Shown here: in pieces, positions 50,348-64,000 of the stretch
Position numbering within the stretch: the first letter of the stretch is position 1
Layout of the letters: the number at the start of each line of letters is the position of its first letter
Assembly: GCA_963705305.1 (NCBI GenBank)
Contig: OY970067.1
Location: 3,840,001 to 3,904,000, forward strand
Reading direction: 5' to 3'
Length of the DNA: 64,000 nt
DNA from: an uncultured Methylomirabilota bacterium
GTDB taxonomy: Bacteria > Methylomirabilota > Methylomirabilia > Methylomirabilales > 2-02-FULL-66-22
Program-made: the position numbers and the translations under genes
The notes under the pieces: generated by a model
What the model was told of the DNA's origin: nothing
What the model saw: only the letters and a program-made list of their open reading frames with translations
The model's database searches: none

Positions 50348-51200
50348 ATGGAGATCAAGACGCTGGGGGTCATTGGCGCCGGGACGATGGGCCATGGCAT
50401 CGCACAGGTGGCCGCGCAGAGCGGATTGCGGGTGATCGTGCGCGACGTTCGATGACCGGATCCTCCAGCAGGCGCGCTCGCGGATCGAAAAGGGGCTGGA
50501 TCGGCTGGTCGAGTCGGGGAAGATCGCCGGGAGCCAGAAGGCGGACATTCTGAAAATGCTGATCTTTACGACAAATCCGGCCGAGTTCAAGAGCTGCGAC
50601 GTGGTTGTCGAGGCCGTCTTCGAGGATTTTGCGGCCAAACGGGCGTCTTCCTGGAGCTGGATAGGACGTGTCGGCCGGCGGCCGTGCTCGCCAGTGACAC
50701 CTCCTCCATCTCGATCACCCGGATCGGCGCGGCGACCAGGCGGCCCGACAAGGTGATCGGATTGCATTTCATGAACCCGGTAACCGTCCTGCCGCTGGTG
50801 GAAGTGATTCGGGGCATGGAAACGAGCGCGGACACGGCCGCCGTCGCCCATGAGCTGGCCAAGCGGATGGGCAAGACGACGGTCGAGGCCAAGGATTCCC
50901 CGGGATTTCTCGCCAACCGGATCCTCATGCCCATGATCAACGAGGCGATTTTTGCCTTGATGGAGGGGGTGGGGACCGTGGATGCCATCGACAATGTCAT
51001 GCATCTGGGCATGAAACACCCCATGGGTCCGCTGGCACTGGCTGATCTCATCGGCCTGGACGTTCTGTCTCGCGGTCCTGCGCGTCCTCCATCAGGAGTT
51101 GGGTGATCCGAAGTACCGGCCGGCGCCGCTGCTGGTGAAGATGGTGGACGCGGGCCACCTCGGCCGGAAGACGGGTCGCGGATTCTACAAGCACTCATAG
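50348..51200 (+). CDS. hbd: 3-hydroxybutyryl-CoA dehydrogenase, split by three frameshifts (about 50448, 50642, 51063)
   Basis: [57 protein letters not shown] spread across frames. Confidence 0.88.
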
Positions 51201-51371
51201 CCGGCGGGCCTGGCGCCGGGCATCCCGTCTCAGCCCTCCCCCTGTCGTGATGCTCCGGACACGGCACTCTCCGGGGCAGTTTTCGGTTGACAGGGAGCGG
51301 ATTCGCGGGCGATCCTCAGGAGACTTGAAACCGGTTTCAACCATTGCGGGACGAGGAGCGAAGGCGCGCGC

Positions 51372-52172
51372 ATGCATATCATCGTCTGCATCAAGCAGAT
51401 CATCGACCCCGAGATCCCCAGCGAGCAGTTCCGCCTGGATCCGGCCGCCAAGCGCCAGGTGCGGGGCGGGCTCTCTTTGGTCATCAGCGCCTACGACCAG
51501 AATGCGCTGGAGGTCGCACTGCAACTGAAAGAGAAGAGCGGCGGGATCGTCACCGCCCTGACCCTGGGGGAGGCGGAGGCCCAGGGGGCCGTGAAGAGCG
51601 CCATGGGCATGGGGGCGGACGCGGGGGTGCTGGTGCAGGATCCGGCGCTGGCGGGGAGCGACCCCTTCGGGGTTGCCCACATCCTGGCCCGGGCCATTCA
51701 CACGGTGGGGATGCCGGATCTGATCTTGACCGGCTGCGTCTCCGGGGACCTCGGGCACAAAGTGGTCGGGCCGCTGCTGGCGGAGGAGCTGGAGCTGCCC
51801 TGTCTCGCGTTCGTGAGCCGGATCGATGCCCGCGACGGCCGCGTGGTCGCCCGCCGCATCGTCGAGGAGGGCTACGAGCTGGTCGAGGCCCCGCTGCCGC
51901 TGGTGGCCACCATCTTGAGCGACGACAGCAACGTTCCGCGCTATTCGAAATTGAAAGACATCATGGCGGCGGCGCGGAAGTCGGTACGCGTCCTGAAGGC
52001 CGCCGACCTGGCGCTCGATGGCGCGCGGGTGGGGGCGGCGGCGGCGCGCAGCATCGTCCGCGAGGTGACCATCCCGACACGGGAATCGCGCTGTGAGCTG
52101 ATCGAGGGGGAGACCCCCGAGGAGCAGGGCGCACGGCTGGCCCTGCGGCTGCACGAGCGACAGGTGATCTGA
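51372..52172 (+). CDS. etfB: Electron transfer flavoprotein beta subunit
   Basis: IIVCIKQIIDP, YDQNALEVALQLKE, AMGMGAD, NVPRY. Confidence 0.92.
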   Translation: MHIIVCIKQIIDPEIPSEQFRLDPAAKRQVRGGLSLVISAYDQNALEVALQLKEKSGGIVTALTLGEAEAQGAVKSAMGMGADAGVLVQDPALAGSDPFGVAHILARAIHTVGMPDLILTGCVSGDLGHKVVGPLLAEELELPCLAFVSRIDARDGRVVARRIVEEGYELVEAPLPLVATILSDDSNVPRYSKLKDIMAAARKSVRVLKAADLALDGARVGAAAARSIVREVTIPTRESRCELIEGETPEEQGARLALRLHERQVI

Positions 52173-52257
52173 CAGCGAGCCGGGCCAGGGCCGGGCGCAG
52201 CACGGGGATGACCCTAAAGGACTCCCAGGAGAATGCTGAAGGACTCGTTTTCGCTCA

Positions 52258-52420
52258 GGCTGCTCAAAAAGGCCCAGATGCAAGGCGCTACCCCGGGTAC
52301 CCGCCCATAGGGTGGGTGCAGGCGCGAGGCGTACTTCGCGCGTACGTCGCAGCCCCGCAGGAGCGCGGGGGGTACCCGTCCCCAAGACGGGTCCCCGCAG
52401 ATGGGCCGTTTTCAGCAGCC
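52258..52420. mobile_element. MITE-like non-autonomous element between etfB and etfA
   Basis: Terminal inverted repeats GGCTGCTCAAAAAGGCCCAGATGC / GCAGATGGGCCGTTTTCAGCAGCC (20/24 match); no transposase. Confidence 0.7.
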
Positions 52421-52437
52421 CGTTAGGAGAGACGGGC

Positions 52438-53421
52438 ATGGCGGATGTGCTGGTGATCGCCGATGGGCGGGAGCCGGAGCCCTCGCGGAACACGCTCGAG
52501 GTGCTGGCTGCCGCTCGGGCGCTGGCGGACGAGGACCGCAGCCGGGTGAGGGTGGTACTTCTGGGCGACGAGGCGGGCGCCGTGTCGTCCGAGTTGATCG
52601 CCCATGGCGCCGATCAGGTGATCCGTGTGGAGCACCCCCTGCTGGAGAGCCGTCAGGCGGATGCCGTTGTGGCGGCTGTCCAGCAGGTTGTCGCGCAGGT
52701 GCCGGCGGCGATCATCCTGCTGCCGGATGACTCCCGCGGCCGCGAGGTGGCTCCACGCCTGGCCCACCGGCTCGGGGGGGTGGTGGTGACCGAGGTCATC
52801 GGGCTGCAGGGCGCTGGAGAGACGCTTCGAGCTCGCCGCCAGCTGTACGGCGGGCGGTGCGTGGCCGAGATTGAGGGGAGGCGGCTGCCAGTCGTGGCCA
52901 CCCTGAAGCTTCGCAGTCGCGAGCCCGCGACAGAGCAGTCGGGCCGGACGGGCGAGGAGATTCGGATGGCAGTGGCCCTGGATGCCGGGAGTGTGCGGAC
53001 GCGTCTGCTGGAGCGGGTGACCGAGGAGACCCGCGGCGTCAAGCTGGAGAACGCCCGGGTGGTGGTGAGCGGCGGCCGCGGCCTGAAGGGCCCCCAGCCC
53101 TTCGAGCAGTTGGGGGAGCTGGCCCAACTGCTCAAGGGAGCGGTGGGGGCGTCGCGCGCGGCCACCGACGCCGGCTGGGTCCCGCTGTCCCGGCAGGTCG
53201 GCCAGACCGGGAAGTGCGTGAGTCCCGATCTCTACATCGCGGTGGGGATTTCGGGAGCCATCCAGCATCTGGCGGGCATGAGCGGCTCCAAGACGATTGT
53301 CGCCATCAATAGCGACCCGGATGCGCCGATCTTCAAGATGGCGCACCTGGGGGTGGTGGGCGATTTCAAGGCAGTGCTGCCTCCCTTCATCGCCAAGGTC
53401 AAAGAGGTGATCGAGCGGTAG
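52438..53421 (+). CDS. etfA: Electron transfer flavoprotein alpha subunit
   Basis: [48 protein letters not shown]. Confidence 0.96.
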   Translation: MADVLVIADGREPEPSRNTLEVLAAARALADEDRSRVRVVLLGDEAGAVSSELIAHGADQVIRVEHPLLESRQADAVVAAVQQVVAQVPAAIILLPDDSRGREVAPRLAHRLGGVVVTEVIGLQGAGETLRARRQLYGGRCVAEIEGRRLPVVATLKLRSREPATEQSGRTGEEIRMAVALDAGSVRTRLLERVTEETRGVKLENARVVVSGGRGLKGPQPFEQLGELAQLLKGAVGASRAATDAGWVPLSRQVGQTGKCVSPDLYIAVGISGAIQHLAGMSGSKTIVAINSDPDAPIFKMAHLGVVGDFKAVLPPFIAKVKEVIER

Positions 53422-53509
53422 GTGCGGGGGTCCGGATGCGCCTGATCAGACGAGCGGGCGGTCAGATGCGGCCGACATGCCATCTGGGCTCCGCTCCGGA
53501 GGAGGGCGC

Positions 53510-55492
<1,983 letters not shown>

Positions 55493-55860
55493 CCGTCCGG
55501 CGGGCCCCGGGCTTCCCCTGCGGGGGCGAAGCCGCTGGATAACCCATCCGGAGGCGCCAGAGTTTTTTCTTGACGGCTCCGAATAATCTGTGGCAGAAAT
55601 CTACCTAGCTACTCTGTCTCACCACATTCAGACCTTACGGTGTCCAGCAGTATCGGCGTCGGAGTTCGGCGCATCCCCGGGCGGGTGTTTGGCACCGGGG
55701 CGCGTCGGCCACTCCTTCTGCCTTCACACCGACGAGCCAGCACGAGCTGTATCGGGAATAGCCTCGGGGATGAGAGCGAGAGTTCTCTGTCGGGATGGTC
55801 GCGGACGCCGGCGTCCGCGCCGCCGTTTCTGCTCACCCATCAACACAGGAGGGATCGAAC

Positions 55861-56865
55861 ATGACGGGGAAGCTGACGCGGTTCATGCTGGTGTTGGCGC
55901 TGGGCGTGGCCCTTGCCGCGATCGCCGGGCCGCCGGCACTGGCGCAGACGATCACGCTACACGGGGCGAGCCAGTTCGACGACACCCACTCCTACAACCA
56001 GACCATGCTCAAGTTCGCCGAGCAGGTCCAGAAGTACTACGGGAAGCCGGTCAACTTCGTCCTCCATCGCAACCGGGAGCTGGGCCTGGAGAAGGACTAC
56101 TTTGCCTACATGAGCCAGGGCCTCTCCGTGGACTATGCGGTGGTGGCCCCCTCGCACATGTCCACCTTCTCCAAGCAGGCGACCCTGATGGACATGCCCT
56201 TCCTGTTCCGGAGCGTGGAACAGTGGGAGAAGGTCCTCTCCACCGGTGACGCGCTCAAGCCCATCGCCGACGATGTGTTGAAGAAGGCCAACGTCATGCT
56301 GATCGGCTACGCGGGCGGCGGCGTGCGCAACATCGTCTCCAAGAAGCCGGTCCGCAACATGGCAGAGCTGAAGGGTCTGCCCATCCGCGTGATGGGCGCC
56401 CCCATCCAGATCCAGATGTTCCAGGCCCTGGGGGCGGCTCCCACCGTCGTCGCCTACGACGAGGTGTACAACGCCATCCAGACCGGCGTCATCCAGGCGG
56501 GCGAGAACGAGGCCGCCGGCTGGTCGCAGATGAAGTGGGACGAGGTGGCGGAGAACGTCGACCTGACCCAGCACGCCATCACCGTCCGGCCTCTCTGCTT
56601 CAGCGGCAAGACGTTCCGCAAGCTGCCCGCAGATCTTCAGGCCGCCATCCTGAAGGCCGGGAAGGACGGGGCCGCCTGGGGCCGGAAGTGGGAGCGCGAG
56701 GCGGATGGGAAGATCCTGAAGCAGTACGAGGCGGAAGGCAAGATCAAGATCTGGAAGTTTGCGGACCGGGCCAAGCTCCTGGAGCTGGCCGCTCCGGTGC
56801 GGGTGTCGTTCGCCAAAGAGATCGGGGCGGAGAATGTCCTGGCGGCCATCGACGCGGTGAAGTAG
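55861..56865 (+). CDS. TRAP transporter substrate-binding protein (DctP family)
   Basis: Signal peptide, DMPFLFR, GLPIRVMG, YNAIQTGVIQAGENE. Confidence 0.93.
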   Translation: MTGKLTRFMLVLALGVALAAIAGPPALAQTITLHGASQFDDTHSYNQTMLKFAEQVQKYYGKPVNFVLHRNRELGLEKDYFAYMSQGLSVDYAVVAPSHMSTFSKQATLMDMPFLFRSVEQWEKVLSTGDALKPIADDVLKKANVMLIGYAGGGVRNIVSKKPVRNMAELKGLPIRVMGAPIQIQMFQALGAAPTVVAYDEVYNAIQTGVIQAGENEAAGWSQMKWDEVAENVDLTQHAITVRPLCFSGKTFRKLPADLQAAILKAGKDGAAWGRKWEREADGKILKQYEAEGKIKIWKFADRAKLLELAAPVRVSFAKEIGAENVLAAIDAVK

Positions 56866-56883
56866 CGACGCTCGATCTGCGTG

Positions 56884-56930
56884 AAGAGATCGGGTCCCCG
56901 GGCCGGCTGTGCCCGGGGACCCGATCTTTT
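56884..56930 (+). terminator. Long intergenic hairpin (attenuator or mRNA-stabilising stem) after the DctP gene
   Basis: AGATCGGGTCCCCGGGC/GCCCGGGGACCCGATCT perfect stem followed by TTT. Confidence 0.7.
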
Positions 56931-56949
56931 CCATAGAAAAGGACCGGCC

Positions 56950-57456
56950 ATGCGGATGAACATCGGGAAGACCATCCTAGCGGGATACCATCGGGTGCTG
57001 CAGGCGCTGATGACATTCCTCATGGGCGTCATGATCATTCCCGTCACCCTGCAGATCTTCTCCCGGTACACCGGCCTCATCCCCCGGTATATCTGGACCG
57101 AGGAGGCCGCCCGCTTCTGCTTCATGTGGGTCATCATGACCGGCGCGATGATCGGGGTGCGCGATGGGACCCACTTCAACGTCGATGTGATCCCCCTGCC
57201 CTCCTCTCCCAGGGGACGGGCGATCTCGGAGTTGGTGGTGGATTTCTTCCTGCTCATCATGGCCGTTGCGTTCACATGGTACGGATACGGGTATGCGGTC
57301 TTCGGCTACAACCAGATCTCGGAGCTGACCGGCATCAACCTCGCCTGGATCTACTCGATGTATTTCGTCACTGGATTGACGTGGCTGGCTTTTCTGGGTG
57401 AGCGGGTTCTGGACGCCGTGAATACCTTGCGGGGAGGCCAGCATGACGCCAGGTGA
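56950..57456 (+). CDS. TRAP transporter small permease (DctQ family)
   Basis: LQIFSRY, WTEEAARF, HFNVD; four TMs. Confidence 0.9.
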   Translation: MRMNIGKTILAGYHRVLQALMTFLMGVMIIPVTLQIFSRYTGLIPRYIWTEEAARFCFMWVIMTGAMIGVRDGTHFNVDVIPLPSSPRGRAISELVVDFFLLIMAVAFTWYGYGYAVFGYNQISELTGINLAWIYSMYFVTGLTWLAFLGERVLDAVNTLRGGQHDAR

Positions 57457-58744
57457 GGTTTCGCTGATCCTATTCGGCGTGTTCATTCCCCTGATCACTT
57501 TGCGCGTCCCCGTCGCCTTCGCCCTGGGCTTGGCGTGCGTCCCCATCTTTTTCCTCGACAGCCACCTGACCCCCATCCTGCTCATCGGCGAGATGACCAA
57601 GGCCTACAACTCCTTCGTGCTGCTGGCGGTGCCGTTCTTCATCCTGGCCGCCAACCTCATGAACTCGGCGGGCATTACGCAGCGGCTGATCGATCTGTCG
57701 CGGACCATGGTGGGCCATTTCAAGGGCGGCCTGGGCCATATCAACGTCGTCGTCAGCATGATCTTCGCGGGCATCTCCGGATCGTCGACGGCCGATGCGG
57801 CCGGCATCGGGTCCGTGCTGATCCCGGCCATGAAGAAGCAGGGGTACGACAGCAGCTTCACGGTGGCCATCACCTCCTGTTCTTCGGTCATGGGCGTCAT
57901 CATCCCCCCCAGCATTATGATGGTCGTCTGGGGCGGCATCATGAACGTCTCTATCGGGGGCCTGTTCCTGGCGGGATTTCTGCCGGGGATGATGATCGGC
58001 GGCTCCCAGATGATCGCCGTCCGCATCTATGCGGGCATTCGCGGATATCCGGTCTACACGCGCAGCAGCTTCCGGGAATTTCTCCAAACCTTGGGCGGGG
58101 CCTTCTTCGCCCTCATGTCGCCGGCCATCGTCGTCGGGGGGGTGGTGTTCGGCTTCGTGACGCCAACCGAGGCCTCGGTCCTGGCGGTCCTCTACACCTT
58201 CGTCATCGGCCTGCTGGTCTACCGCTCCTTCACGATTCCGCAGGTTCCGACGGTCCTGTATGAGACGGCGCGGCTGGCGTCCCTGTCCCTGTTCTGCATC
58301 GGGACGGCCTCGGCGTTCGGATGGATCCTGGCCTTCTACCAGATCCCCATCGGGGTCGTGAAGGTGCTGGCGCCGTATTGCACGGGCGTGACGGCCATGG
58401 GGCTCATCGAGGCGGCGATCTTTCTCTTCATCGGCTGCTTCATCGACGCGATCCCGGCCATGATCATCCTGGGCCCGCTGCTCGAGCCCCTGGCGCGGCA
58501 TGTCCACATGCACCCCGTCCACTTCGCCATCATCGGCGTCGTGTCGCTGGCCTTCGGCCTGGTCACCCCTCCCTACGGATTATGCCTTTTGATCGCCTGC
58601 GCCATCGGCGAGATCAACGTGTCCGACGCGATCCGGGATGTCTGCATCATCCTCGTCCCCATGCTGTTGATGCTGTTTCTGGTCATCCTCTTCCCGGACG
58701 TGATCCTGTATCTCCCGAGGCTCATCATGCCCAAGTTCATGTGA
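57443..58744 (+). CDS. TRAP transporter large permease (DctM family)
   Basis: FAGISGSSTAD, IIPPSI, TPTEAS, TPPYG. Confidence 0.95.
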   Translation: MTPGEVSLILFGVFIPLITLRVPVAFALGLACVPIFFLDSHLTPILLIGEMTKAYNSFVLLAVPFFILAANLMNSAGITQRLIDLSRTMVGHFKGGLGHINVVVSMIFAGISGSSTADAAGIGSVLIPAMKKQGYDSSFTVAITSCSSVMGVIIPPSIMMVVWGGIMNVSIGGLFLAGFLPGMMIGGSQMIAVRIYAGIRGYPVYTRSSFREFLQTLGGAFFALMSPAIVVGGVVFGFVTPTEASVLAVLYTFVIGLLVYRSFTIPQVPTVLYETARLASLSLFCIGTASAFGWILAFYQIPIGVVKVLAPYCTGVTAMGLIEAAIFLFIGCFIDAIPAMIILGPLLEPLARHVHMHPVHFAIIGVVSLAFGLVTPPYGLCLLIACAIGEINVSDAIRDVCIILVPMLLMLFLVILFPDVILYLPRLIMPKFM

Positions 58745-58868
58745 GGAAGAGGGCAGAACAAGTGTCGGCCGGGCCGGCGCCAGCTGCGGGTGGCGCCGGC
58801 CCTCCTGTCTCAGGAGCGGTGGCCCGCCTGTGAACCCGCGGTGCCCGCGGGACTGAGGTGCATACCCT

Positions 58869-60069
58869 ATGGACCTCGAAAGGGTCATTCCCACACACGA
58901 GTTGGACATGCGGCTGTCGCGCCTGCAGGCGCGGCTGGCCGCGGCGGGTGACGCCGAGGCCGTCTTCATCTTCCAGCCGGCCGATCTGTTCTACTGGAGC
59001 GGGACGGTTCAGGACGCCTGGCTGGTGATCCCGCGGGAGGGGCCGGCGCTGCTCCTGGTCCGGCGCAGCCTGGAGCGGGCGCAGGCCGAGTCCGGGCTCT
59101 CCCGCATCCTTCCCCTGGGCGGCCTGCGCGGCGTGCCGGGGCTCCTGGCGTCCCAGGGCCTGGGGAGCCTCCGCCGCGTCGGCCTGGAGTTCGAACGTCC
59201 TGCCGGTCGAACGATACGCCGGCCTGGCTCGCCTTTTCCCGCTGATGCAGTTTGTGGACGTCTCCCGGATGCTGCGGGAGATCCGGATGATCAAATCCGC
59301 CTATGAGATCGGCCTGATCCGGCAGGCGGCGATTATCCAGGATCATATGGCGCGGCGCCTGCGGGAGGTGGTGCGGCCGGGGATGACCGAACTGGAATTG
59401 GCCGCGGAGGTGGAGGCGGAGGCGCGCCGCCACGGCCATCAAGGATTCGTGCGGGTCCGGCGATTCGGCCAGGAATTCTACTACGGCCACCTCCTCTGCG
59501 GTCCGAGCGGGGAGATCCCTTCCTGGCTGGATGCCGCCACAGGGGGGACGGGGCTTTCGCCCGCGTTCGGGACGGGGCCCGGATGGCGACAGATCCAGCC
59601 CCACGAGCCGATCCTCCTGGATTACGCCGGCGTGTACTGCGGCTACCATTCCGACCAGACCCGGTTGTTCGCTTTGGGGGCGCTGCCGGAGGCGCTGACT
59701 CGGGCATACGAGGCCTGCCTGGCCATTCGCGAGGAGATCCTGGCCGTCCTGTGTCCGGGGACCACAACCGGTCACGTCTTCCGTCGCGCCCAGGCCCTGG
59801 CCGACCGGCTCGGGTATGCGGACCGGTTCATGGGATTGGGCGCCGACCGGGTGCACTTCGTCGGCCATGGGGTGGGGATCGAGCTGGACGAGCTTCCGGT
59901 GCTGGCCGCGGGAGGGGAGGCCACCCTGGAGGGCGGAATGACCGTCGCCGTGGAGCCGAAGATCGTGTGCCCCGGGCTGGGAGTGGTCGGAGTAGAAGAT
60001 ACCTTCCTGATCACGGACGGGGAGCCGGAGTGCCTGACGGTGACGGGTCGCGAGATGGCGGTCCTGTAA
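58869..60069 (+). CDS. Xaa-Pro (M24) peptidase family protein; one-base frameshift at 59193-59199
   Basis: Creatinase-like N-terminus; removing one A gives LEFDVLPVERY..RMIKS; YHSDQTR, GHGVGIELDE, AVEPK, GVEDT. Confidence 0.9.
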
Positions 60070-60073
60070 TCGG

Positions 60074-60102
60074 TTGACTTCACCCGGGAAATCACGTAGG
60101 GT
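60074..60102 (+). promoter_or_regulatory. Putative recA promoter (TTGACT-17-TAGGGT)
   Basis: Spacing and position upstream of recA. Confidence 0.55.
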
Positions 60103-60147
60103 AAAACTTTAAGTAACTCCACGAACCCAAAGGGCTAGGGGGAATGT

Positions 60148-61206
60148 ATGGCCGAGGTGGTGACGCGGAGGGTGCCGGGGAAGGACGAGCGCAAGGAGCG
60201 GGAGAAGGCGCTGGATCTGGCGGTGTCCCAGATCGAGAAACAGTACGGGAAGGGTGCCATCATGCGCCTGGGGGCCTCGGGCGCGCTTTTGCCGGTGGCG
60301 ACGATCCCCACCGGCTCGCTGGAGCTGGATTTCGCCCTGGGGGTCGGCGGGGTGCCGCGCGGGCGCGTCCTCGAGATCTTCGGTCCGGAATCGAGCGGGA
60401 AAACGACCCTGGCGCTGCACATTATCGCCGAGGCACAGAAGCTGGGCGGGGCCGCCGCCTTCGTGGACGCGGAGCACGCCCTGGATGCCCCCTACGCTCA
60501 GAGGCTTGGGGTCAACATCGACGAACTGCTGATCTCGCAGCCGGACACCGGCGAGCAGGCCCTGGAGATCACCGAGGTCCTGGTGCGGAGCGGGGCCGTG
60601 GACGTGATCGTCATCGACTCGGTGGCGGCCCTGGTGCCCCGGGCGGAGATTGACGGCGAGATGGGGGATTCGCTGCCGGGTCTCCAGGCCCGTCTGATGT
60701 CCCAGGCGCTGCGAAAGCTGACGGCCGCAATCAGCAAGTCCCGCACCTGCGTCGTCTTCATCAACCAGATCCGGGAGAAGATCGGCGTCATGTTCGGAAA
60801 CCCGGAGACGACCACGGGCGGGCGGGCGCTGAAGTTCTACACCTCGGTCCGGCTGGACATCCGGCGGATCTCGGCGCTGAAGGACGGCGAGGAGGTCATC
60901 GGCAGCCGGGTGAAGGTCAAGGTGGTCAAGAACAAGGTGGCCCCCCCGTTCCGCGAGGCGGAGTTCGACATCATCTACGGCGAGGGGATCTCGCGGCTGG
61001 GGAGCGTGCTGGACATGGGGGTCACCCACAAGGTCGTGGACAAGACCGGCGCCTGGTACACCTACGGCGGGGAGCGGATCGGCCAGGGGCGCGAGAATGC
61101 CAAGCGGTTCCTGCAGGAGAACCCCGCCATGGCCAGCGAGATCGAGGGCAAGATCCGATCGGCCCTGGGCATGGTGGCGACCTCCTCGGCGGAGACGGAG
61201 GCATAA
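60148..61206 (+). CDS. recA: Recombinase A
   Basis: [56 protein letters not shown]. Confidence 0.99.
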   Translation: MAEVVTRRVPGKDERKEREKALDLAVSQIEKQYGKGAIMRLGASGALLPVATIPTGSLELDFALGVGGVPRGRVLEIFGPESSGKTTLALHIIAEAQKLGGAAAFVDAEHALDAPYAQRLGVNIDELLISQPDTGEQALEITEVLVRSGAVDVIVIDSVAALVPRAEIDGEMGDSLPGLQARLMSQALRKLTAAISKSRTCVVFINQIREKIGVMFGNPETTTGGRALKFYTSVRLDIRRISALKDGEEVIGSRVKVKVVKNKVAPPFREAEFDIIYGEGISRLGSVLDMGVTHKVVDKTGAWYTYGGERIGQGRENAKRFLQENPAMASEIEGKIRSALGMVATSSAETEA

Positions 61207-61210
61207 GACG

Positions 61211-62357
61211 ATGGAACTGGCAGATCTTTTGAAGGTCGCGGTGGAGCGGAAGGCGTCCGACCTCCATATCAAGGTAGGAACGCCCCCCGTCCTGCGCATC
61301 GACCACCGGCTGTTCGCGCTGACCGAGATGCCGCGGCTGACCCAAGATACGGTGGTGGCCATGGCGGCCACGGTGATGAATGCGCGGCAGCGCGAACGGT
61401 TCAAGGAGCACAACGAGGCGGATCTGGCCCACAGCGTCCCCGGGCTGGGCCGCTTCCGCATCAACATCTTCCAGCAGCGGGGTATGGTGGGGATGGTCCT
61501 CCGGCTCATCCCCCTCAAGGTCCAGACCATCAGCGAGTTGAACCTGCCGCCGGTTTTGGAGAAAATCGCCATGGAGCCGCGGGGCCTGGTGCTGGTGACC
61601 GGCACGACGGGCTCGGGCAAATCCTCGACCCTGGCGGCGCTGATCGATTACATCAACACCAATCGGACCGGCCACATCATCACCATCGAGGATCCCATCG
61701 AGTTCCTGCACCGCGACAAGCGCTGCCTGGTCAGCCAGCGCGAAGTGGGCATGGATACCATGTCGTTCAGCGAGGCGCTGCGCAGCGCCCTCCGCCAGGA
61801 TCCCGACATCATCCTGGTCGGAGAGATGCGGGACTTCGAGACGATCTCCACCGCCATCCTGGCCGCCGAGACGGGCCACCTGGTGATGAGTACCCTGCAC
61901 ACGCTGGATGCCACCGAGACGATCAACCGCATCATTTCGGTGTTCGCCCCGTACCAGCAGAAGCAGATCCGCCTGCAGCTGGCGTCGGTGATCAAGGGGG
62001 TGATTCTCGCAGCGGCTGATCCCTCGCGCCGACGGGAAAGGGCGGGTGCCCGCGGTGGAGGTCTGCGTCGCCACCGCCACCGTGCGGGACTGCATCTCGG
62101 ACCCCGACAAGACGCGCAAGCTCCAGGACGTCATCGCGGGCGGGGTCAGCCAGTACGGCATGCAGACCTTCGACCAGTCCCTAATGACACTGTACACCCG
62201 CGGCCTCATCACATACGAGGAGGCGCTGCACTGGTGCAGCAACCCCGACGATTTCGCGCTGCGGGTCCGCGGCGTGGAGTCCACCTCGGACGAGACGTGG
62301 CGAGGCGAGGATGCCGGCGTGCCGGCGAAGGGCATGCCGGACATGACAAAGTTTTGA
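61211..62357 (+). CDS. pilT: PilT/PilU family ATPase; one-base frameshift at 62002-62006
   Basis: ASDLHIK, GTTGSGKS, TIEDPIE, ALRQDPD, GEMRD, TLHT; removing one T restores GVISQRLIPRADGKGRVPAVEV..GMQTFDQSL. Confidence 0.92.
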
Positions 62358-62887
62358 TTCCTGCCTGCGGCGGACAGCCCGACGGCCGGGAGAAGGCGCC
62401 GCCGGAGCGGGCCCCGGCCTGGGACGAGGCCGTTCGCTGGCTGGCCCTCCGGGCCCGCAGCACCTCCGAGGTCGGCTGGAGGCTGCGTCGGCTGGGCTAC
62501 CGGCCGGACGAGATCGCCGGGGTGATCGGGCGCCTGACGGCGTCCCGCTACCTGGACGATGCCGAGTTCGCGCGCTCCTGGGTCCGCAGCCGGGCCGAGC
62601 GGGCCGGCTACGGCCCGTCGCGCCTAAGGCGGGAACTTCGCGACAAAGGGATCGACGAGGCCGAGATCGCCGGGGCGTTGGCCGAGCTCACGGCAGAGCG
62701 GGATGTGCGTGACTTGGCGGCGGAGGCCGCCCGCCGCCGGCTGCCGGCATTGCGGGGGTTGGCCTCCGCGGTGGCCCGGCGCCGCATGGCGGGATATCTT
62801 TCGCGGCGAGGATTCGGGGCGGAGGTCATCCTGGAGCTGTGTCGCCGCCTATTCCCGGCCGACGCCGACGACCCGGACCCGCAATGA
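62354..62887 (+). CDS. recX: Regulatory protein RecX (TTG start uncertain)
   Basis: LALRARSTSEV..L, YLDDAEFA, GPSRLRRELRDKGI, YLSRRGF. Confidence 0.88.
   Translation: MIPACGGQPDGREKAPPERAPAWDEAVRWLALRARSTSEVGWRLRRLGYRPDEIAGVIGRLTASRYLDDAEFARSWVRSRAERAGYGPSRLRRELRDKGIDEAEIAGALAELTAERDVRDLAAEAARRRLPALRGLASAVARRRMAGYLSRRGFGAEVILELCRRLFPADADDPDPQ

Positions 62888-64000
<1,113 letters not shown>

Noticed and set aside
61097..62887. Apparent 596-aa PilT-RecX fusion in the ORF track
   Set aside because: Caused by one extra T at 62002-62006. The real PilT C-terminus is in the 62046-62357 frame and recX is a separate gene.

Overview
High-GC bacterial chromosomal window. The gene content is compatible with Methylomirabilota/NC10 or a deltaproteobacteria-like lineage, but that is inference only. 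Housekeeping genes: gcvPB end, gpsA, purC, purH-purD-purE, PBP1A, ArnT/ArnC-like envelope genes, etfBA plus a membrane Fe-S oxidoreductase, and recA-pilT-recX-alaS. There are also two TRAP transporter clusters and a GntR-linked catabolic island. Highlights: (1) a ubiquitin-like sulfur-relay locus at 31.9-37.3 kb (Rrf2 with an IscR-type operator, Ubl-E1 fusion, JAB peptidase, ferritin-like protein, NIL protein, SAM-I riboswitch, second NIL protein, threonine-synthase-like PLP enzyme, Arg-capped Ubl), which most likely makes homocysteine rather than threonine; (2) a 75-aa glutaredoxin-like ORF missing from the ORF track, with two in-frame UGA codons each followed by a hairpin (candidate double selenoprotein, 6150-6377); (3) most apparent frameshifts or stops sit in palindromic motifs (GACGTC, GATC, CTGCAG), suggesting motif-specific, methylation-related sequencing errors rather than pseudogenes; (4) a decayed cytochrome c / c' pair cut by a dispersed repeat, a MITE-like element between etfB and etfA, and several small unannotated ORFs. 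No rRNA, tRNA or CRISPR array was recognised.
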